DNA from: Octopus bimaculoides
Taxonomy: Eukaryota
Length of the DNA: 64,000 bases
Assembly (NCBI RefSeq): GCF_001194135.2
Contig: NC_068989.1
Location: 64,054,998-64,118,997 of the forward strand
Direction of reading: 5' to 3'
The notes under the pieces are model-generated. The model did no database searches. It saw only the letters and a list, made by a program, of their open reading frames with translations, and had not been told where the DNA came from. The translations under genes and the position numbers were made by a program. Below are positions 39,689 through 53,008 of the stretch, piece by piece; within the stretch, counting starts at the first letter, position 1; each line of letters opens with the position of its first letter.

Positions 39689-40429
39689 AATCAAAGAGAA
39701 AGGAACATAAGATATGTTCGTGCACATGTATGTGTGTGTGATTGTATGTGTGTGTATGTGTGCATGCTCCTATGACTGTCTGATATGCAAACGAACTGCA
39801 TTTTCGGATGTCTAATCGATTATAGCGTCGGGATCTTCATGCGTAATAGCTATGTCTATTTGCATGTGTAACTCGTATATGTATACGTATTTTATGCGCG
39901 AATGTGTAAGTGTTTATATACATACACACACACACATGCATATATANNNNNNNNNNNNNNNNNNNNNNNNNNNNNNNNNNNNNNNNNNNNNNNNNNNNNN
40001 NNNNNNNNNNNNNNNNNNNNNNNNNNNNNNNNNNNNNNNNNNNNNNNNNNNNNNNNNNNNNNNNNNNNNNNNNNNNNNNNNNNNNNNNNNNNNNNNNNNN
40101 NNNNNNNNNNNNNNNNNNNNNNNNNNNNNNNNNNNNNNNNNNNNNNNNNNNNNNNNNNNNNNNNNNNNNNNNNNNNNNNNNNNNNNNNNNNNNNNNNNNN
40201 NNNNNNNNNNNNNNNNNNNNNNNNNNNNNNNNNNNNNNNNNNNNNNNNNNNNNNNNNNNNNNNNNNNNNNNNNNNNNNNNNNNNNNNNNNNNNNNNNNNN
40301 NNNNNNNNNNNNNNNNNNNNNNNNNNNNNNNNNNNNNNNNNNNNNNNNNNNNNNNNNNNNNNNNNNNNNNNNNNNNNNNNNNNNNNNNNNNNTATATATA
40401 TATATATATATATAAGTATACATATGTAT

Positions 40430-40504
<75 letters not shown>

Positions 40505-41532
40505 TAATATGTACGTATATAGCTTCTTTATGATTCAGAAAGATAAAGGCTGTCTAAATTGCCAATTCTGCGTATCGTATCAACATTATCAAATATTTAT
40601 GATATACATGAGTTCTTCCAAAATATTCATTTTCCATCTCTCAGGACATCTGATAAAACCTCACTTCTCTCAGGTAATCTATCACCAATACACATAAAAT
40701 GAAACAGAACAAAAACTATTTCTAAGAAAATCACATCTTTTCTCGACTCTGCACACAATCTTCATAAAGTAGAGCTATTATTTTCTATAATATCCAGAGA
40801 CCACATTCTCTCAGTATGTTTCTTACACCTATGTAATCCATATTAACTGATTCTTAAACGGGAATACTGATATTTTTTTTTCCATAAGAATTTTTTTTTA
40901 TTTAAAAATAGTTTAATTTCGCCACACGGACAACTATTTTGAGAGAATGGGCATAGTCGATTATAACGACCCCATTACTTGAAAGATATTTTATTTTAAT
41001 GAACCTGAAAAAATGAAATATCAAGTTCACCTTGGTGTTATTTAAAACTCGAAACAATGACCGGAAAGAAATACCGCAAATCATTTTTTCCGACGATTTA
41101 ATGATTCTGCTTGGTTGCAGCCGTTTTGTTTAAAAATAAGCGTATTAATCATTTGAGACGACCACTAAATTTTACTGGTAAATATTTTGATTTGCTTCTT
41201 CCCTCTTAACGGATAACTGAGAAATTCTACATTCTGTACAACCAGAAATCCTATATGTAGCCGCTTCTTCTATTACGAACGTCAGCCAAATTTCCCTTAG
41301 GGAACATCCTAGTCTTCTAAATAACGAAATGGAACGTTAGACAGATGCAATGAATAGAGCTGAAATATCTTTGATCAGAGTCGACCTGGGGCTAAGAGAA
41401 CAACATCAGTAACACTGTATCAAATCAAGGAATTAAATGCTGTAATATATTGGGTCAGCCATTTTATTCACTTAGATATCTGTGGCGTCGCTGACTAATG
41501 CAGCATAAAATATAATGCAACTGTTGAGGGAG

Positions 41533-41598
<66 letters not shown>

Positions 41599-42449
41599 TG
41601 CATATCTTCATGGAACATTACCAATATTAACAGATCACCACGCTCCGGGGGGTTTTCTACTCTCTGCTGCCTATTATGATAATGTTTACCAAATTCCGAC
41701 AAGTCTGATGAAAAAAATTGCCTGGCGTTGAAAAGTCTACCAAAGCTGCAATACGTATATTTTATTATTTATGTAAATATAGAGATTTCAGCCAATTCTT
41801 TAAAAATCTAATAATAAGACGTGGAACTTAATAAAAAAAATAGCAATACTGTTATATTTTGAATAAATTTTTAATTTGGATTTACATTTTTTTCTCTTTT
41901 TTATGTAACGTATTTCGTTCTGTAGACTGCAGTAAAATATTCTCATTTTATGTCAGTAAATGTATCCTGGCATAAACTGTAGAATCATTCGCAGTAATAT
42001 TAAATAACTCTGTTGGGAGGGAGTTTCTCCTGAAGTCTTTGGTTCTACCGGTGGTTTGCTATGTCAAGGGTGATTTGGCAGTATGCTCGATGCTTTCGTT
42101 AATTGTTTTATTTGCCCACTTAGTTGCAAGTGGACATAGACAGCCTCTTGGCCCTTCCATTCTTGACCTATTAAAACATCCAAAGTCGGACACCTGAAAG
42201 GAGAGAGTACTACAGCAGTACGCGTTTGGTTTTAGCCCTATCGACCCTATAAAAATGTAAGCCAAAAGTTGACTTTGGTTGAATTTGAGCAAGGAGCACA
42301 GGGAGATGGTACAAATATAGCAACATATTTTACGTGATAGTTAAACGACTCTGCTAGACGACCGTCATTGGGATGTGCTGTCATCACAGGATTCACAAGG
42401 GAAACTGCAAATGACCACCGTCGAATTCTATTGACAGCTGTAAAAATAA

Positions 42450-42774
42450 AAACTGGTACTCCGTCAGTTACGACGACGAGCATTCCAAGTGATCCGAGGT
42501 ACGGAAGAGCCTGCGCGTGAAATTGATGTGCAAGTAACTGTGAACTCCACAGACACGCATACCTTCAACGGAGTTTTCATGAAAATTCAGCGTCACACAG
42601 TGTGACAAGGCTGGTCCTTTCTAATACAGATACTACTCACTTTCGCCAGCTGAGTGGACTTGAGCAACATGAAATAAAGAGTCTTGCTCAAGGACACAAC
42701 GCCCCACTACGAATCGAACTTATGACCTTACGATCGTGAGTTGAATATCCTAACCACTAAGCCACGTGCCTTCA
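42450..42774 (-). mobile_element. SINE-C copy
   Basis: Minus-strand head gaaggcacgtggcttagtggttagg..gttcgattcg, then gtccttgagcaagac. Confidence 0.85.
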
Positions 42775-43116
42775 CAGCTATAAGCCAGTAGGAACAAAGT
42801 CCCACGATCACCTTTCTCTCCAAAACGAATGAACCTTGTTTCGGCAAATTCCCTGTTTACTGGGTTTCGTTAATGCTAAACAATAGAAGTCATCTTTCAT
42901 TTTAAGTACAGTGCTGTAGTAATGAAAGTAGTTAAGTGGAGATAGTCATGGATAAAGTAATACGAGTATTTAAGTGGAGATTGTATGGGTATAGTAACAA
43001 AATTTCTTAATGTGCGATGGTAATAGCTGTGGGTTTAAGAAGGTCGCCTCTCCTCTATATGTTTTTTTTTTTGGTTCAATACACCGACATGTCACTTTAA
43101 AGCGTATGTTCTAAAG

Positions 43117-43773
43117 CTGCAGTTCCCAACATTTTCTGCCTATAGTCCTCCTTTGATTCTTATTTTACTCAGCTGGGCCCTCGTAGCCATTCCATGTTAA
43201 AAAACATTACATTATATTTTTAGAACTAAATATCATAAGGAATTGTATAAAGACAATGGTTAAAATATTTTGCATATTATAGAATAATAACTAATTTCTT
43301 GCACATAAAGTTTAGCAATAAAAGGCGCAGGAGTGGCTGTGTGGTAAGTAGCTTGCTTACCAACCACATGGTTCCGGGTTCAGTGCCACTGTGTGGCACC
43401 TTGGGCAAGTGTCTTATACTTTAGCCTCGGGCCGACCAAAGCCTTGTGAGTGGATTTGGTAAACGGAACCTGAAAGAAGCTCGTTATATAAATGTATATA
43501 TATGTGTGTGTGTGTGTGTGTCTGTGTTTGTCCCCCCAACATCGCTTGACAACTGATGCTGGTGTGTTTACGTCCCCGTAACTTAGCGCTTCGGCAAAAA
43601 TTTACCCATAGAATAAGTACTAGGCTTACAAAGAATAAGCCCTGGGGTCGATATTCTCGATTAAAGGTGGTGCTCCAGCATGGCCGCAGTCAAATGACTG
43701 AAACAAGTAAAAGAGTAACAAGTAAAGAGTATGAACCCCCAAAGGCCATATGGACCCCGGTTGAGAACCACTG
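43117..43773. mobile_element. Older hAT-like MITE interrupted by the SINE-B at 43324
   Basis: Right end ggttgagaaccactg; left end ctgcagttcccaac (10/14 to the right TIR). TSD degenerate (ttctaaag / ggctgaag). Confidence 0.55.
43324..43731 (+). mobile_element. SINE-B, full length: tRNA head, CORE-like ccttgggcaag domain and internal (TA)/(TG) microsatellite
   Basis: ggcgcaggagtggctgtgtggtaag (A box), gggttcagtgcc (B box-like), tail catggccgcagtcaaatgactgaaacaagtaaaagag. Confidence 0.9.
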
Positions 43774-45513
43774 GGCTGAAGCGTTTGAGCGATCAAGTCC
43801 TTCTGGAGAAATTTGGAAACTGAATCCGTTGAAAGTTCTCTGGAGGGAGTTTTGGGGTGACATATTTAATCCCTCTTTCCATCAGGTTCTTTGGTGACTT
43901 AAGTGAATGCCCATCTGCCGCAAACATTTTTTTGCGCCCCAGTGTAAGGATAGCTTCATCCTTTCCACCTATCTTGGAGATTCCAGAAAATAAGTCACGA
44001 GTTCTACTCTTTCTTTTTTGAGAATGTAAAAAAGAAAGAAACCAAAATAATTATGAAGAAATCTATAAATGCTCTCTTTACGACGATCCATATTTCGAAA
44101 GAGAAGAGCGTCCACGGCAGCATATACATGGCAATCAATAATATAGATTTACATTTGTACAACTCCATATTTTATTCAGAAAACATTACTGAAATCAGAA
44201 ATCGAAATAAAACCAATGTACTTTTGCATGTTTGAGCTTCAAATATTTTCGGTAATTCTGATAGAAAGTCACAGCCTGCCATATCAATCGGGTCGAATGT
44301 TGACCAATAGAGCTTGAAAAATTCAATAGCGGATTACTGGATTATAATCCTTTATCTCTTAAGAATGCAAAACATTGTATCATTAGGAAGGTGCTGATTC
44401 TGCAAAAAATTGGTAAAATGCCTGGCTAAATCCTTTTAAAGCATTTTAATTTGTTTCTTCCACGTTTTGGTCCATTGATATGGTGTCGGTCGATTTTCTG
44501 ATTTCATGGAGCTATTCATTATTTATTGTTGTTAAGAAAAATAATATTTCATATTATGTATGCTAGCAAGAAGAAGAAAAAAATCTTAAACTGTTACATT
44601 ATATCCCAATTCAGTCAGTGGAACAGGTAAAATGCACGCTACTCACCACTGTGGTCGAGTTGACTCAGAAATTCCTAGCAATAATGTAACCTTCACTTTA
44701 ATAAAACAATTCCAGCCTGATGATTAGCTTACGGAGAGCTTAATTTATTGCATAACTATTACATCAAAAGGTTCAGCTTGCTAAAAAAAACATGTAGCGT
44801 GTATTTTACTTGTTCTATTCTACTCCCTCAATTTGGATTTTTATTCACATTTGTACAGTTCTAGTGGCTAACTTGAGGTATATAGGAACTATCAGCTTAT
44901 CGAATTTCCTCGCAACTTCGATGCGAGAACTCCCATGTGTAACCCGCGATGCCAATAAATTGTTATTGCTTCTTATCATAAACTATCCACCCTTTGTTCT
45001 CTATACCTGGCATACATTCGGATCTCTGGATTATATATATATATATATATATATATATCTGTGGGTGGGGTAGTCAAATCGAATACTAAAACTAGAACAA
45101 ACAATTGAACATTAAAAATGACAATAACAAAGCAAGAGGACGGACATATGGAATGTATTATTTTAACGCTCACGAAAAGTGGAAAGAAGAGTAGGTTTTT
45201 ANNNNNNNNNNNNNNNNNNNNNNNNNNNNNNNNNNNNNNNNNNNNNNNNNNNNNNNNNNNNNNNNNNNNNNNNNNNNNNNNNNNNNNNNNNNNNNNNNNN
45301 NNNNNNNNNNNNNNNNNNNNNNNNNNNNNNNNNNNNNNNNNNNNNNNNNNNNNNNNNNNNNNNNNNNNNNNNNNNNNNNNNNNNNNNNNNNNNNNNNNNN
45401 NNNNNNNNNNNNNNNNNNNNNNNNNNNNNNNNNNNNNNNNNNNNNNNNNNNNNNNNNNNNNNNNNNNNNNNNNNNGTGTGTGTGTGTGTGTGTGTGTGTA
45501 AATATATATATAT

Positions 45514-45560
<47 letters not shown>

Positions 45561-46290
45561 CGCAGAAACAGCGTCGAACACCTGACTTATCCTAGGCCTA
45601 AAACAATTTAGGTAATGCGAAACTGAGTTAAACCATTATTAAATACATGGAACTTCCAGCCAAACGTGCTGAATACTACTTCCTTTCATTTGTTCATGTA
45701 CTTATGCGTCTGTGTAAGTGTGCGCGTGTACGTGTGTGTGTCTGCATGTGTGTGTGTGTTAGCAATTTCTAGTAATTATCATCGCAAAACATGCTCTATG
45801 TATATATGTATATAATTAGTATTGTGTTCGAGTCAGCGCATGCGTATAGACGTTGAGATATGTATCGTTTCAGTTGTTACACTGTCTCGTACACACATTT
45901 GCGTTTATTAACACATATGCATGACAATTACGAGATTTTATGTGCGTGTACACATATATGTATGCGTGAAAGTGTTTTGAGTTTGCTTGTATGTATGTAC
46001 TTGTATAAGTGCATATTATCATGTGCTTATGTAGAGTTTATATACCTGTATATATAAGAGTCTGTGTGTGTGTGTGTGTTTGTAGTTTGCACGTGATCTG
46101 GTTTGTACATGTGTGCGCATGCTTATGTCGTATACTTGCGTATTAGCAACTGCATTCTCCATTTTGAAAACACATTAATATATGTATACATGCTTGCATT
46201 ATGTCTGAAATTATATATGCATGTATGAATAGATGTGCATGTATATATATTTATATATACATGAGTGTATGTGTGTGTGTGTGTGTATAC

Positions 46291-46380
<90 letters not shown>

Positions 46381-46920
46381 TTATATATATATACACACAC
46401 ACACACACATGTATGTGCGTGTGTGTTCGTATGTGCTATGTGAGATTACGTACATGTCTATGTTCACGTGTATATGTTTATGTTATGAATATATTCATAT
46501 GTAAGTACGTTTTCTCCACAAGAGACATTTCAATATAGAATATTTAGCTCGGAGCTAAATACTTAAGAATGCTCAAAATATTAATTAAAGTCTAGTGTAA
46601 TTCTTTGGAGAAATTTTTCATCGATTTTTCCAACCTTATATTGCTTGCTTTATTTAATTTTTATTTATCTTTCCTTTATTTTTAACAAATTTTTCCTATG
46701 TGTTTCTGTAATAATTTGCTCTTTTACATCATCACCTTCTTCTTCCTCTTCCTCTTCCTCTTCCTTTTCTTCTACTTCTTCTTCTTCTACATCTTCTTCT
46801 TTATCTCACATCCTCTCCTGCGAAATAAATGACATTAGCTTGTGATTGAAATATCTCCACTGAATTATGTGAATTGTCTCTTAGTCATCTATTTCATTTC
46901 GTTTCATTTCTTTAAAACAG

Positions 46921-47003
46921 GTTTACAACAACCTTGGCCTGCATGATGGATTTGCATTATTATCCACTAGATGTCCAGAATTGCACGGTAGAAGTTGAAA
47001 GCT
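46921..47003 (+). CDS. Lcch3: Next exon (83 nt, phase 2 to 1) of the same gene, encoding the Cys-loop
   Basis: Acceptor tttcatttctttaaaacag| and donor gct|gtgagt. Completes the AG+G Arg codon, then [27 protein letters not shown](Y). C-x13-C signature, in frame with the previous exon. Confidence 0.95.
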
Positions 47004-47997
47004 GTGAGTCGATTCTGTCTCTTCTTTTTCCTTTCTAAATTTTTTATTCTTGTTTTTACCACTTTTGAATTTTACGAGTTTTCTACTTTTACTTCTTTCT
47101 TCTTCCTTTGTTTAAATTTATTTGATTCTTCATTTTTTTTCCGTTGTTCACTTTTTACGCTTTTCTGAAATCCATTTTTCCCGTTTTATATCAGATGTGG
47201 AGTATTTAACGAAATGAACCACATTGTAATGGTGTTTTAGGATTTGGAGTGGATTAATTAAATAACGGTGTTTTATGTGAGTAGTTGAGTGCAATGAGTT
47301 AGTTATATTTTATTGGCGGTCTTCAATAATCACAACATGTATTCAATTTTTGAAATCATCGTCAAAAATATGAGATCCACAGTATTTCTTTCTTTCTTTT
47401 TCGCTATATTAATGATTACTTGTAAACTGTTTCAGAATGAAGTGAAGTTTAATTAGAAAACAGATTTATAGAAATGAATAACAGTGTTTGGTAAAAGCAA
47501 ATATTTGAAATAGTTTTATTTAAAAACGCACATTTAATTACATTAGGTTGGTTAAAAGTAATATTTTTGATGTTAACATGATTTAAAATTATGTTTGGAA
47601 GAATTTTAGAATTCTGTGAAATAAATAAAATTCTTTCTAAATAATTTTATAGGATGGAATTACCTTAGAAATAACAATATTTCAATTAAACAGTATTTTT
47701 TAAAAGAAAAAGGTGGATGCATATTCAATTTGATAGAAAATATGGCCAGCGATTGAAATACTTAATAGTGTTTAGTTTCGAACTCAATGTCAAGTTTTTC
47801 TAAACTTAATTTCCAATCAAACGCATTGATAATTGAAACATTACCTTTTATCAATCTAATGTGAAAACTGCGTTTTTAAAGACTGTTACGTGTCTCTGAG
47901 TGCCAATGAAAGCAACCGCTTTATTTATTACAAAGAAGTGTTAAATAGGCACATTGATCTATCCTATTTACAATAACCGCTAATATTAGTGGGCTTA

Positions 47998-48205
47998 GTG
48001 ATCTGGCAGAATCGTTAGCACGCCGAGCAAAATGCTTTGCGGCATTTAGTCCTTCTTTATGTCCTCAGTTCAAATTCCACCGAGGTCGGCTTTACCTTTC
48101 ATCCTATCGCGGTTGATAAAGTAAGTATAAATTGAGCACTAGGGTCGATGTAATCGACTTACACCCTACCCCGAAACTGCTGGCCTTGTGCCAAAATTTG
48201 AAATG
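47998..48205 (+). mobile_element. SINE-A copy (tail 3)
   Basis: ctggcagaatcgttagcacgccg ... gctggccttgtgccaaaatttgaaa. Confidence 0.85.
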
Positions 48206-48226
48206 AATATTAGTTGGCTAATAAAA

Positions 48227-48557
48227 AACTGGCATTCCGTCGATTGAGACGACGCGGGAACCAGTTGATACGATCAGCGGAATAGCCTGCTCGTGGAATT
48301 AAGGCGCAATCACTGAGCACTCTCCAGACACTCATGCCTTTAACGCAGTTTTCGAGGAAATTCAGCGTGACAAATACAGCCGAATGTGACGAGGCTGGTC
48401 CCTTGAATTACATGTACAACACATTTTGCCAGTTGAGTGAACTGGATCAACGTGAAATAATGTGCTTTGCGCAAGGAAACAACGCACCGCCGGGAATCGA
48501 AATCAAGACCTTACGATTAAGAACCGATATTACTATCCACTAAACCACACGCCTTCA
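48227..48557 (-). mobile_element. SINE-C copy
   Basis: Minus-strand head gaaggcgtgtggtttagtgg..tttcgattcc. A diverged + strand copy lies at about 850-1120. Confidence 0.85.
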
Positions 48558-49674
48558 GGCTTGTAAGCAGTGTATCTGTGGCGAGTTAAAGAGAGTATAC
48601 AGTTGCTGACAAAAGTTCCAACAGCATGTACAACGCTTCATTATTTTCCTGTTCACAAACGTATTGTAGAGGCACACTCTTTACAATCCTGTAACATACA
48701 GAGTTGGCTAATAAATCTATAGGTAGGTTCTATAATACATCATTGCCACGAAGCAAAACTCTTTTAATGTCCCAGCAATTTCATGTTAGACCTAGCTGCT
48801 ACGAAATTGTTAAACATGTTAATTGGTCAAGCCTGTTTACTTTAACTTCTAAGATGCATGAGTTTACAAGCACTGTCTTCGTGGATAGTTAAAGTGGGTG
48901 CACATTTGTATGTAAGCTATTGTTTCTTCTCTGCCAAGAAATGTATTGTCGAGATGTATTGTTTACATTCCTCATAACATACAATGCTGGCTAATAAATT
49001 TATGGATATGTTCTGTGGTACATTACAGATTTTTGTTTATATACGTGAAAATGTCGAAATCTAACGAATTCTAAGATTATATAAAAACGATTTTGTCTCC
49101 TGTCTAAATTGAATAACAGCCATACACTGTAAATCGACTATACATCCCCCTCCTAAAATCATTTTTAGGTCTTCAACCAGTAAAAGAAATCGACATTACT
49201 ATTTTCTTGAACGTGCTCATATAAATTGTTATACATCACTCCATTTATACGAAGTATAAATGAAATTATGGACAAATTCTTTCAGTGGGAAATGACTTGA
49301 ATTCAACAGCTCTTAAAGTTGATTCTGCACAAAACTATAGTTATTTGTTATTATCAGACTTTCCATAAAAAATGGTTTCAAACCTATGCACTATCTTGCA
49401 GATTGTCTATAAACTCATGTTCAATTATCATTCTTCTTCTTCTTCTTCTTCTTCTTCTTCTTCTTCTTCTTCTTCTTCTTCTTCTTCTTCTTCTTCTTCT
49501 TCTTCTTCTCCTCCTCCTCCTCCTCCTCCTTCTTCTTCTTCNNNNNNNNNNNNNNNNNNNNNNNNNNNNNNNNNNNNNNNNNNNNNNNNNNNNNNNNNNN
49601 NNNNNNNNNNNNNNNNNNNNNNNNNNNNNNNNNNNNNNNNNNNNNNNNNNTCTCTTGTTTTTGTTGTTGCTAAA

Positions 49675-50110
49675 GCGGCGAGCTGGCAGAATCGTTAACA
49701 CGCCGGGCGAAATGCTTAGCGACATTTCGACCGTCTTTACGTTCGAAGTTCAAATTACGCCGAGGTCGACTTTGCCTTCCATCCTTTCGAGGTCGATAAA
49801 ATAAGTACCAGTTGAGTACTGGAGTCGATGTAATCGACTTACCGCCTCAACCAAGTTTCGGGCCTTGTGCCTATAGTAGAAAACATTATTATTATTAAAG
49901 GAGCCGAGCAGGCAGAATCGTTAGCACGCCGGGCGAAATACTGATAAGCATTTCGCCCGTCACTACGTTCTATGTTCAAATTCCGCCGAGGTCGTCTCTG
50001 CCTTTTATCCTTTCAGGGTCGATAAATTAAGTACCAGTGTAACACTGGGGTCGATTTAATCAACTAGTCCTCTCCCTAAAATTTCAAGCGTTGTGCCTTT
50101 AGTAGAAAGG
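49675..50110 (+). mobile_element. Two SINE-A copies (49675-49884, 49900-50110) separated by an (ATT)4 tail
   Basis: Both have tail 2 (ttgtgcct.tagtagaaa..att). Confidence 0.85.
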
Positions 50111-50124
50111 ATTATAATTTAATT

Positions 50125-50640
50125 GTTTTACATCTCAGAGCGCTCGATCTTGTTTGCTCAGGTAGATTCTGTGAGAGCTGGCAATAGCCTGCTCTCAGAG
50201 GTCTCACAGGGACTCTTTCTGCACCTTATAAGCTTTGGTACTTAGTTTTTAATTATCGTGGGATTCCTTCATTTGCTTAGTGATGATCTTGTAATCTCTA
50301 GAGCGTTTAATTGACTACCTATAAAGTTCTGTAGTCCCAAGTAGTGTTTTCTGCAGAATCTTTGCTGTTCCAAAAGTGTTGTTTTTTGTAATGTCATAAT
50401 GCTGGGACAGATTCTAATTGAGTCGGAGTGTTTCTGAATGTTTTTTTGTCACTGATCATAATTGGTATCATTCTTGTTTTCATATTCCACAGTATCTCGA
50501 TATCTATTCGCAAGTTTGCATATGGAACGATTTTCTTGTTTTCGTTAACATTGATATAATAATCTGCTGGGCAAGATACATCGATTGCCAAACACCTCTT
50601 TACAATACCTTTCTCAACTAAAGTTACGTTTGGCCCTGTA
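50125..50640 (-). mobile_element. R4/Dong endonuclease C-terminal fragment
   Basis: CLAIDVSCPAD..NENKKIVPYANLRIDIEILWNMKTRMIPIMI, then LQKTTL(L)GTAKILQKTL after a frameshift. Confidence 0.8.
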
Positions 50641-50662
50641 TGTTGAAGTAGTCGGTCTAGAT

Positions 50663-50800
50663 CAGTGCTTCTCAACCTCTTTACCCTTACGTAATCCTTC
50701 AAATAAATTACATGTCTCAAGGAACCCCTGCTCAAAAAACATTATATACCATACCTTTCTCATATCGTTTCATCGTAGTTCACGTGGTAAATAATACATA

Positions 50801-50836
<36 letters not shown>

Positions 50837-51020
50837 TATACATATATATATGTAATTATATATATATTACAATATTACAATGACCAATAATATGCTGTGC
50901 ATATATAGTATTATTACGATCATGAAATTAGCATTAGCTTATCTCACACTTTTTTGCTGAACCCCTAAGAACCTTTTGTGGAACCCTAGGGTTCCGGGGA
51001 TCTCCGGTTGAGAAACGCTG
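50663..51020. mobile_element. hAT (Charlie-like) MITE, 358 bp, perfect 8-bp TSD GTCTAGAT
   Basis: TIRs cagtgcttctcaacc / ggttgagaaacgctg (13/15). TSD at 50655-50662 and 51021-51028. Confidence 0.9.
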
Positions 51021-51718
51021 GTCTAGATTGTAAAGTCCCACTAGAGTTTCACAGCCTGATTTTCTAGGACCTTCTCTGGTTTGTGTTGATACGATTTCTC
51101 AGTAGTTGGAAACCCATATTTCTTGCATAAAAAGCAGTGGAGGTGCAAGCAAACTTTATCGTGATGCCTTTTATATTCTCTCTGCGCAACCATGTCGCAT
51201 GTACTCACGAAGTGTCATACATTCTATCGTCTTCCCATATTACCTTTATTCATTTGTTTCAGCTGGGTAATGCAATCTTTGTATTTAGTTCGTGTTTNNN
51301 NNNNNNNNNNNNNNNNNNNNNNNNNNNNNNNNNNNNNNNNNNNNNNNNNNNNNNNNNNNNNNNNNNNNNNNNNNNNNNNNNNNNNNNNNNNNNNNNNNNN
51401 NNNNNNNNNNNNNNNNNNNNNNNNNNNNNNNNNNNNNNNNNNNNNNNNNNNNNNNNNNNNNNNNNNNNNNNNNNNNNNNNNNNNNNNNNNNNNNNNNNNN
51501 NNNNNNNNNNNNNNNNNNNNNNNNNNNNNNNNNNNNNNNNNNNNNNNNNNNNNNNNNNNNNNNNNNNNNNNNNNNNNNNNNNNNNNNNNNNNNNNNNNNN
51601 NNNNNNNNNNNNNNNNNNNNNNNNNNNNNNNNNNNNNNNNNNNNNNNNNNNNNNNNNNNNNNNNNNNNNNNNNNNNNNNNNNNNNNNNNNNNNNNNNNNN
51701 NNNNNNNNNNNNNNNNNN

Positions 51719-51752
<34 letters not shown>

Positions 51753-51959
51753 TCCTAACATTTTCTTTTGGGTGCAATGAATCATTGTCAGCCAATTTCT
51801 ATAACGTTAACCTGTCTAACTTCTCTCTCTTTGTGGTCTAATTCAAAGTTGCCGCACTACATCTAATAAAACCGGCACAGCCCTTCGTTTTCAGTAGCAT
51901 CTCTGACCCGTTTAAATAGACTTCTTTCACATTTCATTTCATATTCTCATTTAGAACTT

Positions 51960-52350
51960 CTTCCAATTAAAAAATGTCCAGTGAATTGTACTAGCTATCC
52001 TCCGAATCATCAATTGACTCTCATCAGGTAACTCAATCCCACAACTACATATACGCCTCCCTCACTTCATAGTTGGAGTGATGCACTTTGAAATAGCAAA
52101 CTCCATTCCAATGTCTTTATAGCATCAGTGAACAGTTCTGACCAGTGAATTACCTGTGACTCATTCTCATGCCAAAGAGCTTCAGATTATCCATGAAAAG
52201 TAGATGATTGATCTTAGGTCCTCTGCTTTCAGTCTAATAGCCAATATGTCTCCCGTAAGATCATCAATAATAGAATCTTGGCAATCACAACTGCCAATGG
52301 TGAGATTGAGCCTCTTTGGAAAAATTCCTCCTCTAATATTAACCACTATT
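51960..52350 (-). mobile_element. R4/Dong reverse-transcriptase fragment (decayed)
   Basis: With frameshifts: IRGGIFQRGSISPL..ILRE, KINHLLFMDNLKLFG (FMDD variant), KDIGMEFAISKC, GIELPD. Confidence 0.8.
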
Positions 52351-52447
52351 TTCGTCATCATCGTCGTCGTCGTCGTCGTCATCGTCGTCATCGTCGTCGT
52401 AGTCGTCGTCGTCGTCATCGTCGTCGTCGTCGTCGTCATCATCATCA

Positions 52448-52491
<44 letters not shown>

Positions 52492-52492
52492 G

Positions 52493-53008
52493 AATGAGAG
52501 AGCAGCACACGCTATCAAAGTACCGCTAGAGTACAAATATATGAAGCTCAATATACCCATCATGACTATAGTCTGGTAAGAGGACATCCAGGCACATGCA
52601 TCGCAGCCATATATACGCGACATAGCGACCTCATATCAAAATAAAGAGCACATGAACTGGCAGGTGGAATCCAGTTAGAATATTCTTCAGGTCGAGTAGC
52701 CCATACCGCTCAAAAGATCCCTGGTTAAAATTGTTTCCAGGGGCGAATTATTCAAACCCCAAATAATCCCTCTCAACACATGGTTATGATGCTCCCCCAC
52801 TACTCCTGCTCGTAATCAGAGATACACATATCGTCAGCCAATAAGGGGCAGGCTCAGCTTGTTAATGTCAAATAACTAACAGGAAAATCTGTTGTATTGA
52901 GCAAAATATTTGCTGTAGTCCATTCATCTTTTACACAAAGCCAAAACACGTACATGATAACACTTCCAATCAGTTAAGACCAGATGCCACGTGAGCCAGT
53001 GCCTGGTA
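52493..53008 (-). mobile_element. Non-coding interspersed element ('D'), LINE 3'UTR-like, flanked both sides by (TAA)n
   Basis: Homologous to 3677-3932 (caacacatgg.tatgatg..cccc..ctactc; gtacatgataacacttcca.tcagttaaga). (att)n lies at about 52450-52492 and 53009-53032. Confidence 0.7.

Larger units (their letters stand above)
32878..46920 (+). other. Lcch3: GT-AG phase-2 intron of the GABA receptor gene, 14,043 nt as assembled (contains 3 N-gaps)
   Basis: Bounded by the two exons, with the reading frame continuous across the junction. Confidence 0.9.

Noticed and set aside
41705-41740. CTGATGA...GAAA
   Set aside because: No convincing stem I, II or III.
43324-43400. tRNA gene calls for SINE heads
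   Set aside because: A/B boxes are present, but there is no full cloverleaf and each is fused to a repeat body.
44716-44750. CTGATGA followed by a hairpin
   Set aside because: No GAAA after the stem.
32654-47003. Possible cephalopod chemotactile receptor or nicotinic receptor
   Set aside because: The motifs ([27 protein letters not shown]) are GABA beta/LCCH3-type, not nAChR-derived.
51995-52030. Minus-strand CTGATGA plus 5-bp stem
   Set aside because: No GAAA, and it lies within decayed RT coding sequence (ELPDES).
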